Below, piece after piece: positions 8,622-18,004 of a DNA stretch of 24,000 nucleotides; position 1 is the stretch's first letter, and the number at the start of each line of letters is the position of its first letter. This DNA is from Candidatus Heimdallarchaeota archaeon (GTDB taxonomy: Archaea; Asgardarchaeota; Heimdallarchaeia; Hodarchaeales; Hodarchaeaceae), in contig RDOB01000008.1 in assembly GCA_011364965.1 (NCBI GenBank), positions 1 through 24,000 of the forward strand, read 5' to 3'. The notes beneath the pieces were generated by a model that had not been told where the DNA came from, did not search any database, and saw nothing but the letters and a program-made list of their open reading frames with translations. The translations under genes and the position numbers were made by a program.

Positions 8622-9293
8622 TTAAATCCCGTGTTTACCTCTTAAAGGAACGAACGCTACAGAAGAAAGATACTCTTCCTCAATATCAGTCTCAGTAATC
8701 TTTCTAAAACGGGTCATTCTCTGAAAGATATAAGGACGACCGAGGGGTATAACTAAAGTGCCATTTAGGGCTAATTGTTCGAGTAATGGAGGAGGAACTT
8801 TTGGGCCTGCAGCTGTAATTATAATTCTATCGTAAGGTGCTTCTTTCTCCCAACCGAGTGTTCCATCTCCCTCAATAACTGTCACACAATTCTGGTACCC
8901 TGCTTTCTCAAGATTTTTCCTAGCAAATGGGACGAGATCTGGAACTATTTCGATACTATAAACTGATCCCTTTTTTGAAGTATCAGAACAAACTATAGCA
9001 GCAATTAGTGCAGCTTGATATCCTGATCCTGCTCCGATTTCTAAGATTTTCATACCTGGCTTCAAATCGAGATATTCAAGGATCATTACAGTCATATGAG
9101 GAGCAGATATTGTTTGACCAGTATTCATCAATGGTAGGGGATGATCAGAGTAAGCAGATGAAACCATGTTTTCAGGGAGGAAAAGCTCTCGAGGTACTTG
9201 TCGAAAGGCATTGATCGCCAGTTCATCCTTTACATAGCCATTTCGTATGTAGTGGCGAATTAGACTTTCTTTCTGCTCGCTAAAGTCATTCAT
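8622..9293 (-). CDS. pcm: Protein-L-isoaspartate O-methyltransferase
   Basis: QVPRELFLPENM, GQTISAPHMTVMILEYLDLKPGMKILEIGAGSGYQAALIA, NGTLVIPLG. Confidence 0.95.
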   Translation of the reverse strand: MNDFSEQKESLIRHYIRNGYVKDELAINAFRQVPRELFLPENMVSSAYSDHPLPLMNTGQTISAPHMTVMILEYLDLKPGMKILEIGAGSGYQAALIAAIVCSDTSKKGSVYSIEIVPDLVPFARKNLEKAGYQNCVTVIEGDGTLGWEKEAPYDRIIITAAGPKVPPPLLEQLALNGTLVIPLGRPYIFQRMTRFRKITETDIEEEYLSSVAFVPLRGKHGI

Positions 9294-9312
9294 TTCAAAC
9301 CCACCTAAGCTT

Positions 9313-10365
9313 CTAATCGATTCTTAAATCAACATTCATTTGCACGCGCGAGGGAGATACGTCTCTCCCAATTTTTACCTGTAATTCCTTATAAGATTTG
9401 AGATAAGATAATTGATCTTTCAGTAATTCCTGTATAGCTGAAATTGGATCCTTTGTTTTTTCAACAAACTGATACATATTTATTACTCCACCTTTTTTCA
9501 AAAGCTGCACGGCATATTTTAAATAAATGATTGACTTGTTGGGAATATTAAGGATGATTCGATCAAATTTTTTCTGTTTTCGAAATATCTGTGTCGAGTC
9601 AGCTACGATTGGACAGATTTCTCCTCTCAATCGATTGGACTTCATACTTTTAGCTAAAGCTTCAATTGCAATCTGATTGATATCTACTGCTACTACCTTG
9701 CATTTCTGTTCTTTGGTACAATGGAGTGCAAAAGGACCAACACCTGCAAATAAATCAAGGATGACTTCATTTGGACTAATTAAAGTGGCCAATCGATGAT
9801 GTTCTTCAGCAAGACGAGGATTAAAATAAGCATTCTCGATGTCTACATAAATTTTTACACTGTATTCTTGGTGCCATGTTCTGGGGATTCTAGCTCCTGC
9901 TAGATGCTCAATAGGATATATTCTTTCAATACCATTTACAATATCTATTTTATTGTACACAGATTTCATTTTTGGAGATTGATCTAGAATTAACCGCCCA
10001 ATTTTCTTCCTAAGCGAGAGATTGGTATCATTAGGGTCTAATTTCGTTACAGCAATTTCACCAATCTGTTCAAATTTAATTGAAAGATCTTCATTATCTT
10101 TCAGTACATTGTCAAGCATTAATTGCTCTTTAATACTCTTAGGCCGTTTTTTAAGTGGAAAAATCATAGTTTTAAGAATAAAAGGAATTTCGTGTAGTAT
10201 TTGGGGGATGGAAGTTGCATCGGATATGGCAAAAAAGACTAAATCGTCTAAATGTATCGGTTTATGGTCTTGTAATAATAAGTTTTCTTTTAGAAGTCTT
10301 AAACGAGCTATCTCAGCCTTCTCTCTTGGAATACCAACAGCACGAACTAGATTACCTTGGTTTAT
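9313..10365 (-). CDS. trm5: tRNA (guanine37-N1)-methyltransferase Trm5, probable non-AUG start
   Basis: Core HLAGARIPRTWHQEYSVKIYVDIENAYFNPRLAEEHHR, ILDLFAGVGPFALHC, DRIILNIPNKS. The track ORF begins at 10167, but the same frame stays open upstream to TGA and encodes INQGNLVRAVGIPREKAEIARLRLLKENLLLQDHKPIHLDDLVFFAISD, resembling the Trm5 N-terminal domain. Confidence 0.85.
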   Translation of the reverse strand: MNQGNLVRAVGIPREKAEIARLRLLKENLLLQDHKPIHLDDLVFFAISDATSIPQILHEIPFILKTMIFPLKKRPKSIKEQLMLDNVLKDNEDLSIKFEQIGEIAVTKLDPNDTNLSLRKKIGRLILDQSPKMKSVYNKIDIVNGIERIYPIEHLAGARIPRTWHQEYSVKIYVDIENAYFNPRLAEEHHRLATLISPNEVILDLFAGVGPFALHCTKEQKCKVVAVDINQIAIEALAKSMKSNRLRGEICPIVADSTQIFRKQKKFDRIILNIPNKSIIYLKYAVQLLKKGGVINMYQFVEKTKDPISAIQELLKDQLSYLKSYKELQVKIGRDVSPSRVQMNVDLRID

Positions 10366-10505
10366 TCTGAAAACACTCCTTTCTCAAGAGATGCAATGAT
10401 AAAAATTCTTCTGTCTTTTCCAATATTATTTTTCTTGGATGCGATATCAATAGAATCCTTCTTTTCAAAAGAAATCTGAACAAGATGGATTTATATATGG
10501 GAAAA

Positions 10506-10610
10506 CGGGCGCAGAGGGACTTGAACCCCCGACCAACGGGTTAAGAGCCCGCCGCTCTCGATTCTTGGTCATCAAAACGACCAAAAACTACCTTGCTGAG
10601 CTATGCGCCC
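10506..10610 (-). tRNA. tRNA-Lys (CUU anticodon) containing a ~31-nt noncanonical intron in the D-arm
   Basis: Reverse complement GGGCGCATAGCTCAGCAAGGTAG[TTTTTGGTCGTTTTGATGACCAAGAATCGAG]AGCGGCGGGCTCTTAACCCGTTGGTCGGGGGTTCAAGTCCCTCTGCGCCC(G). Removing 31 nt gives a 74-nt cloverleaf; the exact splice site is ambiguous by a few nt. Confidence 0.93.
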
Positions 10611-10655
10611 AAAAAAAGAACAATCATTCTCACTGACGAACATTCTCAATTACTT

Positions 10656-10665
10656 GTTATATATC
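10656..10665 (-). promoter_or_regulatory. Candidate archaeal BoxA/TATA element for tRNA-Lys
   Basis: GATATATAAC on the minus strand, about 46-55 nt upstream of the mature tRNA 5' end. Pattern match only. Confidence 0.35.
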
Positions 10666-10882
10666 AGGTAGTTTAGTTTCAATCTTAAAAGATCTCACTA
10701 CCTATCCAAGGATTTGGTAGAAACCAAAATGCAGATAAAAATATTGATTAGAATGTTGAGTTGAATAATCTAATTGTCCCAAAAGATAAATACTAATATT
10801 TGGGTAAAGTTAATATTTTATAATTATAGCTTGTTAAATCCATACTATACTTTCTTGGAAGATCTGAACTGGTTGAATATCA

Positions 10883-11593
10883 TTGAAAAGTATTAAAGGG
10901 GAAGAATTTAGTCTTATATCTAGTTATATTAACCTATTAATTCATATTGGAAAATTAGGAGGAGTAAGAAAACCTGTTTTCTTGACCACAGCAGAACTTG
11001 GAACCGCAGTAGGAATTTCTCAACAGTCAGCCTCAAGAAAGCTCTCCCAAATGGAAGAGATAAACTTAATTGTCCGCAATTATAGTTTTAGGGGCAATTC
11101 CATTAAAATAACCTCAGAGGGGCTTTCTCTTCTAGAATATGTATTCACAGATTTGTGGAGTATTCTAACAGTTGAGGGTAGAGTACCAATTGATAAAATT
11201 GCAATTACTGGTATAGTTTGTACAGGTATGGGAGAGGGAGCATATTATATGAATAAGTTGGGATATAAAAACCAATTTCCCTCAATAATTGGATTTACTC
11301 CCTTTCCTGGAACATTAAATTTGCAACTGATTGAGGAAGCAAGTATTCGTAATTTCGAATTAATATTGCGTAAACCAGCAGAGTTTATCAAGGAATTCGT
11401 AGAAGATGGTCGAATGTTTGGTAAAGTGTTCGTTTGGCCCGTTGAGCTATTAATAGGAAATAGAAAATTACCAGCAGCCTTAATTCGCCCGGATAGGACA
11501 CATCATAATAATCAAATTGAATTGATTGTAGAAATGAACGTTAAAGAGCAATTTGGAGTAAAAGATGGTGATAAGCTTGAAATCGTCTGCTGA
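10883..11593 (+). CDS. ribK: CTP-dependent riboflavin kinase with N-terminal winged-helix domain
   Basis: C-terminal GEGAYYMNKLGYKNQFPSIIGFTPFPGTLNLQL...RPDRTHHNNQIELIVEMNVKEQFGVKDGDKLEIV; N-terminal MarR-like HTH (LGTAVGISQQSASRKLSQMEEINLIVR). Confidence 0.95.
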   Translation: MKSIKGEEFSLISSYINLLIHIGKLGGVRKPVFLTTAELGTAVGISQQSASRKLSQMEEINLIVRNYSFRGNSIKITSEGLSLLEYVFTDLWSILTVEGRVPIDKIAITGIVCTGMGEGAYYMNKLGYKNQFPSIIGFTPFPGTLNLQLIEEASIRNFELILRKPAEFIKEFVEDGRMFGKVFVWPVELLIGNRKLPAALIRPDRTHHNNQIELIVEMNVKEQFGVKDGDKLEIVC

Positions 11594-11607
11594 ATATGGA
11601 TTAATAT

Positions 11608-12282
11608 TCAATAATCAAAGGAATACTCATCAAGATTTTTCATTTTCTGTGATGATTTTTCATCTGGGATGGTAGCTTTCAACCTAATAATTTCAATGTG
11701 ATCTTTCTCAATTTTTGTTAACATCTCAGCTAGTTTTGCTTCTGTTAAAAACTGATCATATCCGAGAGTAATAGTATCTGGTTGGTATTCTTCAATTATC
11801 TCAAGGAATTTTGATGGATCAGGAGAACCTTTTAGTACCACATCAACAACATCCAGATGGGAAAGTAAGACCATCCTGCTTTCTTGAGAATTTATTGGTA
11901 ATCGTCCTTTACTTCTTTTTACAGTCTCATCAGAGGCAACTACAACTAATAATATGTCTCCATGATCTCTTGCTTCTTCTAATGTCTTAATATGACCTAA
12001 ATGAACGATATCAAAAACTCCTCCAGTTAAGATGACTTTTAAATTATTTACTCCTCCTGTGGTTATTCGGAAATTTCCTATAGGATCATTAACCGATTGA
12101 ATCATTCCCATCCCTCTAAGTACTGATATAAGAGCCTTAGTTTCCTCTTGGGTACGTTTCAAGTCTTTTCTAAACTCATCTGGGGAAAATGAGCCATATT
12201 TTAAAGTTAATTTATAAGTAACTTTAAGAAATTCTTTCAATAACCGTTGAAATAATTCACTATTTTCTATTTTATCATTCAT
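11608..12282 (-). CDS. ribL: FAD synthase (cytidylyltransferase-type) with N-terminal helical/HTH-like extension
   Basis: KVILTGGVFDIVHLGHIKTLEEARDHGDILLVVVASDE (HxGH nucleotidylyltransferase), ITLGYDQ. Start chosen at MNDKIEN; the track ORF extends to 12318. Confidence 0.88.
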   Translation of the reverse strand: MNDKIENSELFQRLLKEFLKVTYKLTLKYGSFSPDEFRKDLKRTQEETKALISVLRGMGMIQSVNDPIGNFRITTGGVNNLKVILTGGVFDIVHLGHIKTLEEARDHGDILLVVVASDETVKRSKGRLPINSQESRMVLLSHLDVVDVVLKGSPDPSKFLEIIEEYQPDTITLGYDQFLTEAKLAEMLTKIEKDHIEIIRLKATIPDEKSSQKMKNLDEYSFDY

Positions 12283-12415
12283 CTTTAAAAAACCTTTTAA
12301 GTACCAATCACATACCATAAAAAATATTTTCTTTGATATTTATTAATTAAGACATTTTTTTAGCTAATTATCATTTCCTCTAACTTATTTCGGATGAAGT
12401 ATTATTCGGGAAATT

Positions 12416-13207
12416 TTAACCTATCTCTGACCATAATAATGAAATTATTTCCTCTTCTGCAAAGTGAAGACTATCTGAACAGACAATCAGTGCTTGAGGA
12501 GGACCATTATCTATCCATGTATGACTAATTATAGTTTTAGGATTTCCTGCTAAGATAAATTGATCCTCATATCCAATTCGGGCTAATCCAATTATTATAC
12601 TCTTTTCTGTAATGATAGATTCCTGTTTTTCCTTCTCTAGCTCTTCTAGAAGAGCAATTGCCTCATTTACAGTAAGAAATTTACCACTAACCAAATCAAT
12701 ATCTAATAAAACAAGAGTATGTGCTCCGATCATTTTATTTTTTTTGATGATTTGATAAGGAAATTCACTCATATTGTCAGGAAAGGGGCATGTAGCTGTT
12801 CGACCGAATTTATAAGAAGAAAGGCCTGAAGCAGAGGCAGCAGCGGACATGATGGAAGTATTATGTATTAATGTACATTTTATTCCTCGTTTTAAGGCAG
12901 ATAAACGTAAAGAGTTATGAGTTGTAGCAATAAAGGGATCTCCTGGTACAAGAAGGAGAGATATCTTACCTATAATGGAATCTAAGAAATTTTCCGCGTT
13001 TTCTTCTAGGGTCTCTCTTTGGATATATTTGAATTTTGTTTTAAAGGGTTTAATTACGTCGGGAATATCTGCAGTAGTGAAATTGGTATACGATTCAATG
13101 AAGATAGTGTCTACTTCTTTCATGATGGAAAGAAGCTCTATCGAACAGCTTTCTAAACCTTTAAGCCCCATTCCAGCAAAAATAAGACTATTCTTGGATG
13201 AAGACAA
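12416..13207 (-). CDS. dph5: Diphthine synthase (diphthamide biosynthesis methyltransferase)
   Basis: FAGMGLKGLESCSIELLSIMKEVDTIFIESYT, LLVPGDPFIATTH, HNTSIMSAAASASGLSSYKFGRTATCPF. Confidence 0.96.
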   Translation of the reverse strand: MSSSKNSLIFAGMGLKGLESCSIELLSIMKEVDTIFIESYTNFTTADIPDVIKPFKTKFKYIQRETLEENAENFLDSIIGKISLLLVPGDPFIATTHNSLRLSALKRGIKCTLIHNTSIMSAAASASGLSSYKFGRTATCPFPDNMSEFPYQIIKKNKMIGAHTLVLLDIDLVSGKFLTVNEAIALLEELEKEKQESIITEKSIIIGLARIGYEDQFILAGNPKTIISHTWIDNGPPQALIVCSDSLHFAEEEIISLLWSEIG

Positions 13208-13241
13208 AATTCCTTCATCTCTAAAAGCTTATGAAAAGGGC

Positions 13242-13634
13242 TTAACCCTCTTCTTCCAACAGTTTTTTATAAGCTTGGGCATCTAGTAAATTTTCTAAAT
13301 CCTTTTTCAGATTTAAAGGCTTTATTTTCACAAGCCATGTCCCATAAGGATCTTCATTGACTTTTTCTGGTGATTCCTCCAATTCTGTGTTGATTTCAAC
13401 CACCTCTCCTGCAACAGGACAAATTAAATCCGAAACAGCTTTCACACTTTCAATAGACCCGAATATCTCTTTAAAATCGAAAGTGTCGCCCACCTCGGGT
13501 AGTTCAATATAAACTACGTCTTTCAGTGTTTTTTGGGCGTAATCAGTCACTCCAACAAGAACAAAATTGTCTTCAACCTTTGCCCAATCATGTTCTGCTA
13601 GATATTTATAATTTGGCTCTACTCTATATGACAT
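13242..13634 (-). CDS. gcvH: Glycine cleavage system H protein
   Basis: YLAEHDWAKVEDN, GVTDYAQKTLKDVVYIELPEVG, ESVKAVSDLICPVAGEVVEIN (lipoyl-lysine region), EDPYGTWLVKI. Confidence 0.96.
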   Translation of the reverse strand: MSYRVEPNYKYLAEHDWAKVEDNFVLVGVTDYAQKTLKDVVYIELPEVGDTFDFKEIFGSIESVKAVSDLICPVAGEVVEINTELEESPEKVNEDPYGTWLVKIKPLNLKKDLENLLDAQAYKKLLEEEG

Positions 13635-13762
13635 TTGAACTTCTTCCTTAATAAATCAGTCAATGTTTATAGCAGTCTAATATTATTATTAAATAGACAT
13701 TTATTTTACCTTTATTAGACATTTATTGAGTAAATTCTCTTATCTAATAATTTTTTCCTGCT

Positions 13763-14242
13763 TTAAACCTCGCACCTCCAAATTGCATCTCCAAGGTAAT
13801 GTACATTTAATAATGCTTTTCCTTTCGCTTCAAGTATTTCTTCAGAAGTTAGAAGACTTTTACCTATTGCAATAATTGCATTTTGTGGATTCCTAACAAT
13901 AACATATGAGTCTTTGTCAAATTGTTTATTAATTGAGGTTATTCCCTGCGAAAAAATATCTGCGCCATTTAAAACATGTCTTACTGCCCCTTGATCTACA
14001 CTAACGGAGGGAAACTCGGTTTCTTGATGATCACGTAAAAATTGAATAGAAGGTAGAAAATATCTATCGCTTTTGAAGAATAAGACTTCTTTACTGCGAT
14101 TTAAGAGGAATATTTTTCCATCATTTTCATTTTCTTGAATAAAATGCACCAGTTTTTGAATTCTTAAATCTGTGACACCTGGAGCCAGGATAAGGGGACT
14201 AATTTTTCTTCTGAGCTTTGAACCAATCTCCTTCTTGGACAT
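13763..14242 (-). CDS. PUA-domain protein of the MCT-1/Tma20-like archaeal family
   Basis: C-terminal PUA-like sequence FPSVSVDQGAVRHVLNGADIFSQGITSI...DSYVIVRNPQNAIIAIGKSLLTSEEI...GKALLNVHYLGDAIW. Confidence 0.85.
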   Translation of the reverse strand: MSKKEIGSKLRRKISPLILAPGVTDLRIQKLVHFIQENENDGKIFLLNRSKEVLFFKSDRYFLPSIQFLRDHQETEFPSVSVDQGAVRHVLNGADIFSQGITSINKQFDKDSYVIVRNPQNAIIAIGKSLLTSEEILEAKGKALLNVHYLGDAIWRCEV

Positions 14243-14284
14243 AGTTATTCAACCTGGATGGAGGAATAGCAATATACTCATAGG

Positions 14285-16219
14285 TTAATTTAATCGAATA
14301 GTCTCAAGATTTTTTGGTAAATCCACTTTTGCATGATACCTTTTTGTCAAAGCTTGAGCTAAAGATTGAGACTTGTTTCTTTGACCATGAATTAAGATGA
14401 TTCGTTCAGGTTTGGGACTTAGTTCTCTGAAAAAGTTCATTATTTCTCCCCGATCGCTGTGTCCGCTGAAACCATCTATTTGATGTATATCTAAATTTAC
14501 TCTGAGCATTTTCATCTTCCCATCCTCAATACTCCTTATTTCTTTTACACCAGAGGCAATACGTCTTCCCAATGTACCTTCAGCTTGATACGAAACGAAA
14601 ACAACTGCATTTTTTGGATCACTAGCCAAATCTTTGAAATATTCAACAGAATTTCCACCAGTTAGCATTCCTGATGTTGCCATTATAACTGCTGGTTCGC
14701 CAGAGACTATATCCCTTCGATCATTCTCTATCTTTTTAAAAATCTCGCACAAAAAAGGATTGGACCCTTCATTGAAGATTTGATCTTGTAAACGTTGGGA
14801 TAAATACTCAGGATGGCATGAATGAATTGCTGTAGCTTCCGCAATGAGATTATCAAGATAAACTGGAACCCTTCCTAATTGTTTTTTCTGATAATAATCT
14901 GCTAGTACCACTAAAAGTTCTTGAGCTCTCCCAACCGCTAAAGCAGGGATTAAAACCTTTCCTCCGCGCTTTGTAGTTCGATTTATTATCTTTATCAGCT
15001 GTAATTCAGCATCATCACGTCTAGGCATCGCATCACGAGGTCCACCATAGGTAGATTCCAATATTATAGCCTCAAGTCTAGGAAATCTGGTATTTGCACG
15101 ATCAAGTAAGCGAGACTTTCTCGCTTTGAAATCGTTTGCAATAGCTAAATTATATCGTCCCTCTCCTATATGTAGATGCATGATAGAAGAACCAAGTATA
15201 TGACCCGCTGGAGTCATAGTACATCGAATATCATTACTCAGATCTGTTACTTCCCAATATCGCCTTGGAATTGTATGCAATACCATCCGTCTTATGTCAC
15301 GTTGATTATATGGAACTAATTTATCTTCACGTGCAGACACCTCAATATAGTCCTTTTGCAAAAGTGTCATTAAAGACAAAGTAGCATCATTTGTATAAAC
15401 AGGGCCTCTATAACCCCACTTAAAGAGAAAAGGAAGCATACCACTGTGATCTAGGTGAGCATGAGTAATGAGAACTGCATCTATTTCATCAATATCAAAT
15501 TCAGAAGAATTGAAGTATGGAAACATATTTTCAGGATCTCTTGAAGCCACATTCATCCCACAATCGACTAGAATCTTGGTTTCCGCCGTTTCCAATAACA
15601 TGGATGATCTTCCAACCTCAGAAAACCCTCCTAATCCAGTTAATCGTACATATTCGTCTTCAATTACGGAGGGTCGATGAATCCTTTTACCAATGTTTAT
15701 TAAGGCATTCTTTCTTTTATCAGACTCGTTGGTTAATGTTTTTCGAATAGAATTAATCACTTGTGATTGAATGGGAGGTGATCTAACCACTCTCGGTTGC
15801 CAAGATATTTCACGTGCTATCTCTCGTAAGGTTGTCCCACTACGTCCTATTACAGCTCCAGGTTTTTTAGCTTCGATAATTACTTCCCCTAGTTCGTCAT
15901 CAAAAATCATATTGGTTATTTCTGCATTTTCAGGTACGATCTCAAGAACTCTTGCTTGAGCTTCATCTTTTGCTCTCCGAACTGAAACGTCAAATCGTAT
16001 AACTATTCTTTTTCTTAACGATTTAGCTAATCCTTTCACTATCTCCCCACTTTCCATTAACACAGAGGGATTTAAAGAATAAAGTACGACAAAAGGCCCT
16101 TCAAATACTACTTTAGATACTTGAGCGTCTGGTGGAAGCTCACTTATCAAATCTGCTTTAAGCTGTTCAAGAGCTAACTCAGGGCTATATTTCTTACCAT
16201 TATCGTAATTTTCACGCAA
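14285..16219 (-). CDS. fttA: KH-domain/beta-CASP metallo-beta-lactamase ribonuclease (aCPSF1/FttA)
   Basis: N-terminal KH repeats (KKPGAVIGRSGTTLREI), THAHLDHSG, TPAGHILGSS, ESTYGGPRD, beta-CASP HGQRNKSQSLAQAL. Confidence 0.97.
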   Translation of the reverse strand: MRENYDNGKKYSPELALEQLKADLISELPPDAQVSKVVFEGPFVVLYSLNPSVLMESGEIVKGLAKSLRKRIVIRFDVSVRRAKDEAQARVLEIVPENAEITNMIFDDELGEVIIEAKKPGAVIGRSGTTLREIAREISWQPRVVRSPPIQSQVINSIRKTLTNESDKRKNALINIGKRIHRPSVIEDEYVRLTGLGGFSEVGRSSMLLETAETKILVDCGMNVASRDPENMFPYFNSSEFDIDEIDAVLITHAHLDHSGMLPFLFKWGYRGPVYTNDATLSLMTLLQKDYIEVSAREDKLVPYNQRDIRRMVLHTIPRRYWEVTDLSNDIRCTMTPAGHILGSSIMHLHIGEGRYNLAIANDFKARKSRLLDRANTRFPRLEAIILESTYGGPRDAMPRRDDAELQLIKIINRTTKRGGKVLIPALAVGRAQELLVVLADYYQKKQLGRVPVYLDNLIAEATAIHSCHPEYLSQRLQDQIFNEGSNPFLCEIFKKIENDRRDIVSGEPAVIMATSGMLTGGNSVEYFKDLASDPKNAVVFVSYQAEGTLGRRIASGVKEIRSIEDGKMKMLRVNLDIHQIDGFSGHSDRGEIMNFFRELSPKPERIILIHGQRNKSQSLAQALTKRYHAKVDLPKNLETIRLN

Positions 16220-16579
16220 TTTTTTTCACTTTTTATGCTATTTGAGATTTCAGATATGAGAGTTTAATATGTTTAGTTAATACTAATGTAGAAATTACTT
16301 AGTAGAGAAGTAATTGTGTTTTTTTAGAGTGTTTTAAGTATATTAATATCAGTTGTACAAAGCTAGATTAGTTTAATCAAAGTAAGTTAGTCGTTAATCA
16401 TTTTAATTATAAAATATATATTTTTCATTTTTATATAGACAATCATTTAACGGGAAATTAAATAATGGGGTTATTAGGAGTCATCTGATCTATCTTTATT
16501 AATAAAGATATTTTTGGAAGGTCATCAACAATCATACCAAGAAAGAGACTAGGTTAAGATAAGAGTTAGTTATCCGAAG

Positions 16580-17782
16580 ATGAACAATTCCTTTCCAAAA
16601 TTTCTTCGATTGATTCTTTTGTACACAGTGTTTATAAGTTTTTTTTTGTTATTGCTAAATCGGGATTTAAGCAAGAGCTGTAAAAAAATGCCAAGTTCAG
16701 AGATCCTTGATTCAATTGTTCCAAGATCAATTATTATTGGAAAAGGAATCTTAAATAAAATCCCCAAAATTATCAGAACCCAGAGATATACACAAAAAAG
16801 TTTGATTCTAACTGGTCCCAAAACACAGCATATTGTGGGCAATGAAATTCAGGAAATATTGAGTCAAGCAAATATAAAATCGGAGATTATTATAGTCAAA
16901 GACTCGAAACTAAGTACAGCAGATAAAATATTGGAACAAATTACTCAAATTGGGTCTAATCTAATAATTGCTGCAGGAGGGGGTAAAATTATTGATGTGG
17001 GCAAATATTGCTCTGCAAAGTCCTCAAGAAAACTTGAAGTCATTTCTGTTCCGACATCAGCACCTCATGATGGAATCGCATCACCTTTCATCTTTTTAAA
17101 TAATCCAACTGAAGTTTTTATTGGAGAATCCCGCCCTCCCATCGCTATTGCCGCAGATATTGAAAAAATCCTCCAGCATCCTGATTTAGTAAGAAATCTT
17201 GCTGCTGGAGTAGGAGATACGGTTGGAAAACTGACTTCAATCTGGGATTGGCAGTATGCTTGGCGTATCAAATCCGAAAAATATTCACGTTTTGTTGGTG
17301 GAGTTTTAGCAAACGCAGATACACTTTTTCAAAGTCAGTTTTCTGAAGCCCTTGCAGACCCAGAACGAGCAATTAAAGTGGTTTTAAAGGCTTTATTAAT
17401 AGCAGGAGTCCTTATGGGTACATCCAGTGATATAAGAGTGGGTTATGGTTCAGAACATATGTTTTCATCCGCTTTACATGCATTAACTCCAAATGCAAAC
17501 ATCCTACATGGAGAGAGAATCGCAATAGGATCCCTAATGATGGCACATTTACAAGGACAGGACTATAGAAAATTAAAGGACATACTTGGAAAAGCAGGTT
17601 GCCCCACATCAATAGAGGAGTTAGAAGATGATATTCCACCTGAGTCGATAATTAAAGCCCTTCAAACTGCGCATGAAGTCAACCCGATGTACACAATACT
17701 CGGAAAATCTGGATTAACAGAAATCGCTGCATGGAATCTGGCGATTAGCACTGGAATACTAGAATCTTATCACAAAACATGA
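16580..17782 (+). CDS. egsA: sn-glycerol-1-phosphate dehydrogenase, with optional hydrophobic N-terminal extension (alternative start 16688)
   Basis: PRSIIIGKGILNKIPKII, IIAAGGGKIIDVGKYCSA, ISVPTSAPHDGIASPFIF, YGSEHMFSSALH...LHGERIAIGSLMMAHLQG. Confidence 0.93.
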   Translation: MNNSFPKFLRLILLYTVFISFFLLLLNRDLSKSCKKMPSSEILDSIVPRSIIIGKGILNKIPKIIRTQRYTQKSLILTGPKTQHIVGNEIQEILSQANIKSEIIIVKDSKLSTADKILEQITQIGSNLIIAAGGGKIIDVGKYCSAKSSRKLEVISVPTSAPHDGIASPFIFLNNPTEVFIGESRPPIAIAADIEKILQHPDLVRNLAAGVGDTVGKLTSIWDWQYAWRIKSEKYSRFVGGVLANADTLFQSQFSEALADPERAIKVVLKALLIAGVLMGTSSDIRVGYGSEHMFSSALHALTPNANILHGERIAIGSLMMAHLQGQDYRKLKDILGKAGCPTSIEELEDDIPPESIIKALQTAHEVNPMYTILGKSGLTEIAAWNLAISTGILESYHKT

Positions 17783-18004
17783 CCAAATACCAAAGATGAA
17801 GTATGAAGAAAAAGAAATCTAAGGAAAAACGGAGAAAAGGAGACCCTTTGTCTAGTTCACCTTTTATATATAGAATCCTAAGTTCCCTTGAAACTCCGTT
17901 GAATATTTAAAAAAATGTGGATATACTTCCTCAATATGTGAAAGTGAACGTATTTCGATTGAATGAGTCCACTACTTAGGAAATTTTCCAAATAAGGTGA
18001 TTGT

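Noticed and set aside
10190-10260. Apparent frameshift in a C5 run separating the Trm5 N-terminus from its core
   Set aside because: It came from miscounting the six-A run at about 10231. With the correct count the upstream segment is in frame, so only the start codon is unusual.
10022-10399. 125-aa plus-strand ORF
   Set aside because: It is antisense to trm5, has low-complexity Ser/Leu composition and no recognisable motif.
15468-15959. Plus-strand ORFs within 15468..15959
   Set aside because: They are antisense to aCPSF1/FttA, whose motifs are unambiguous.
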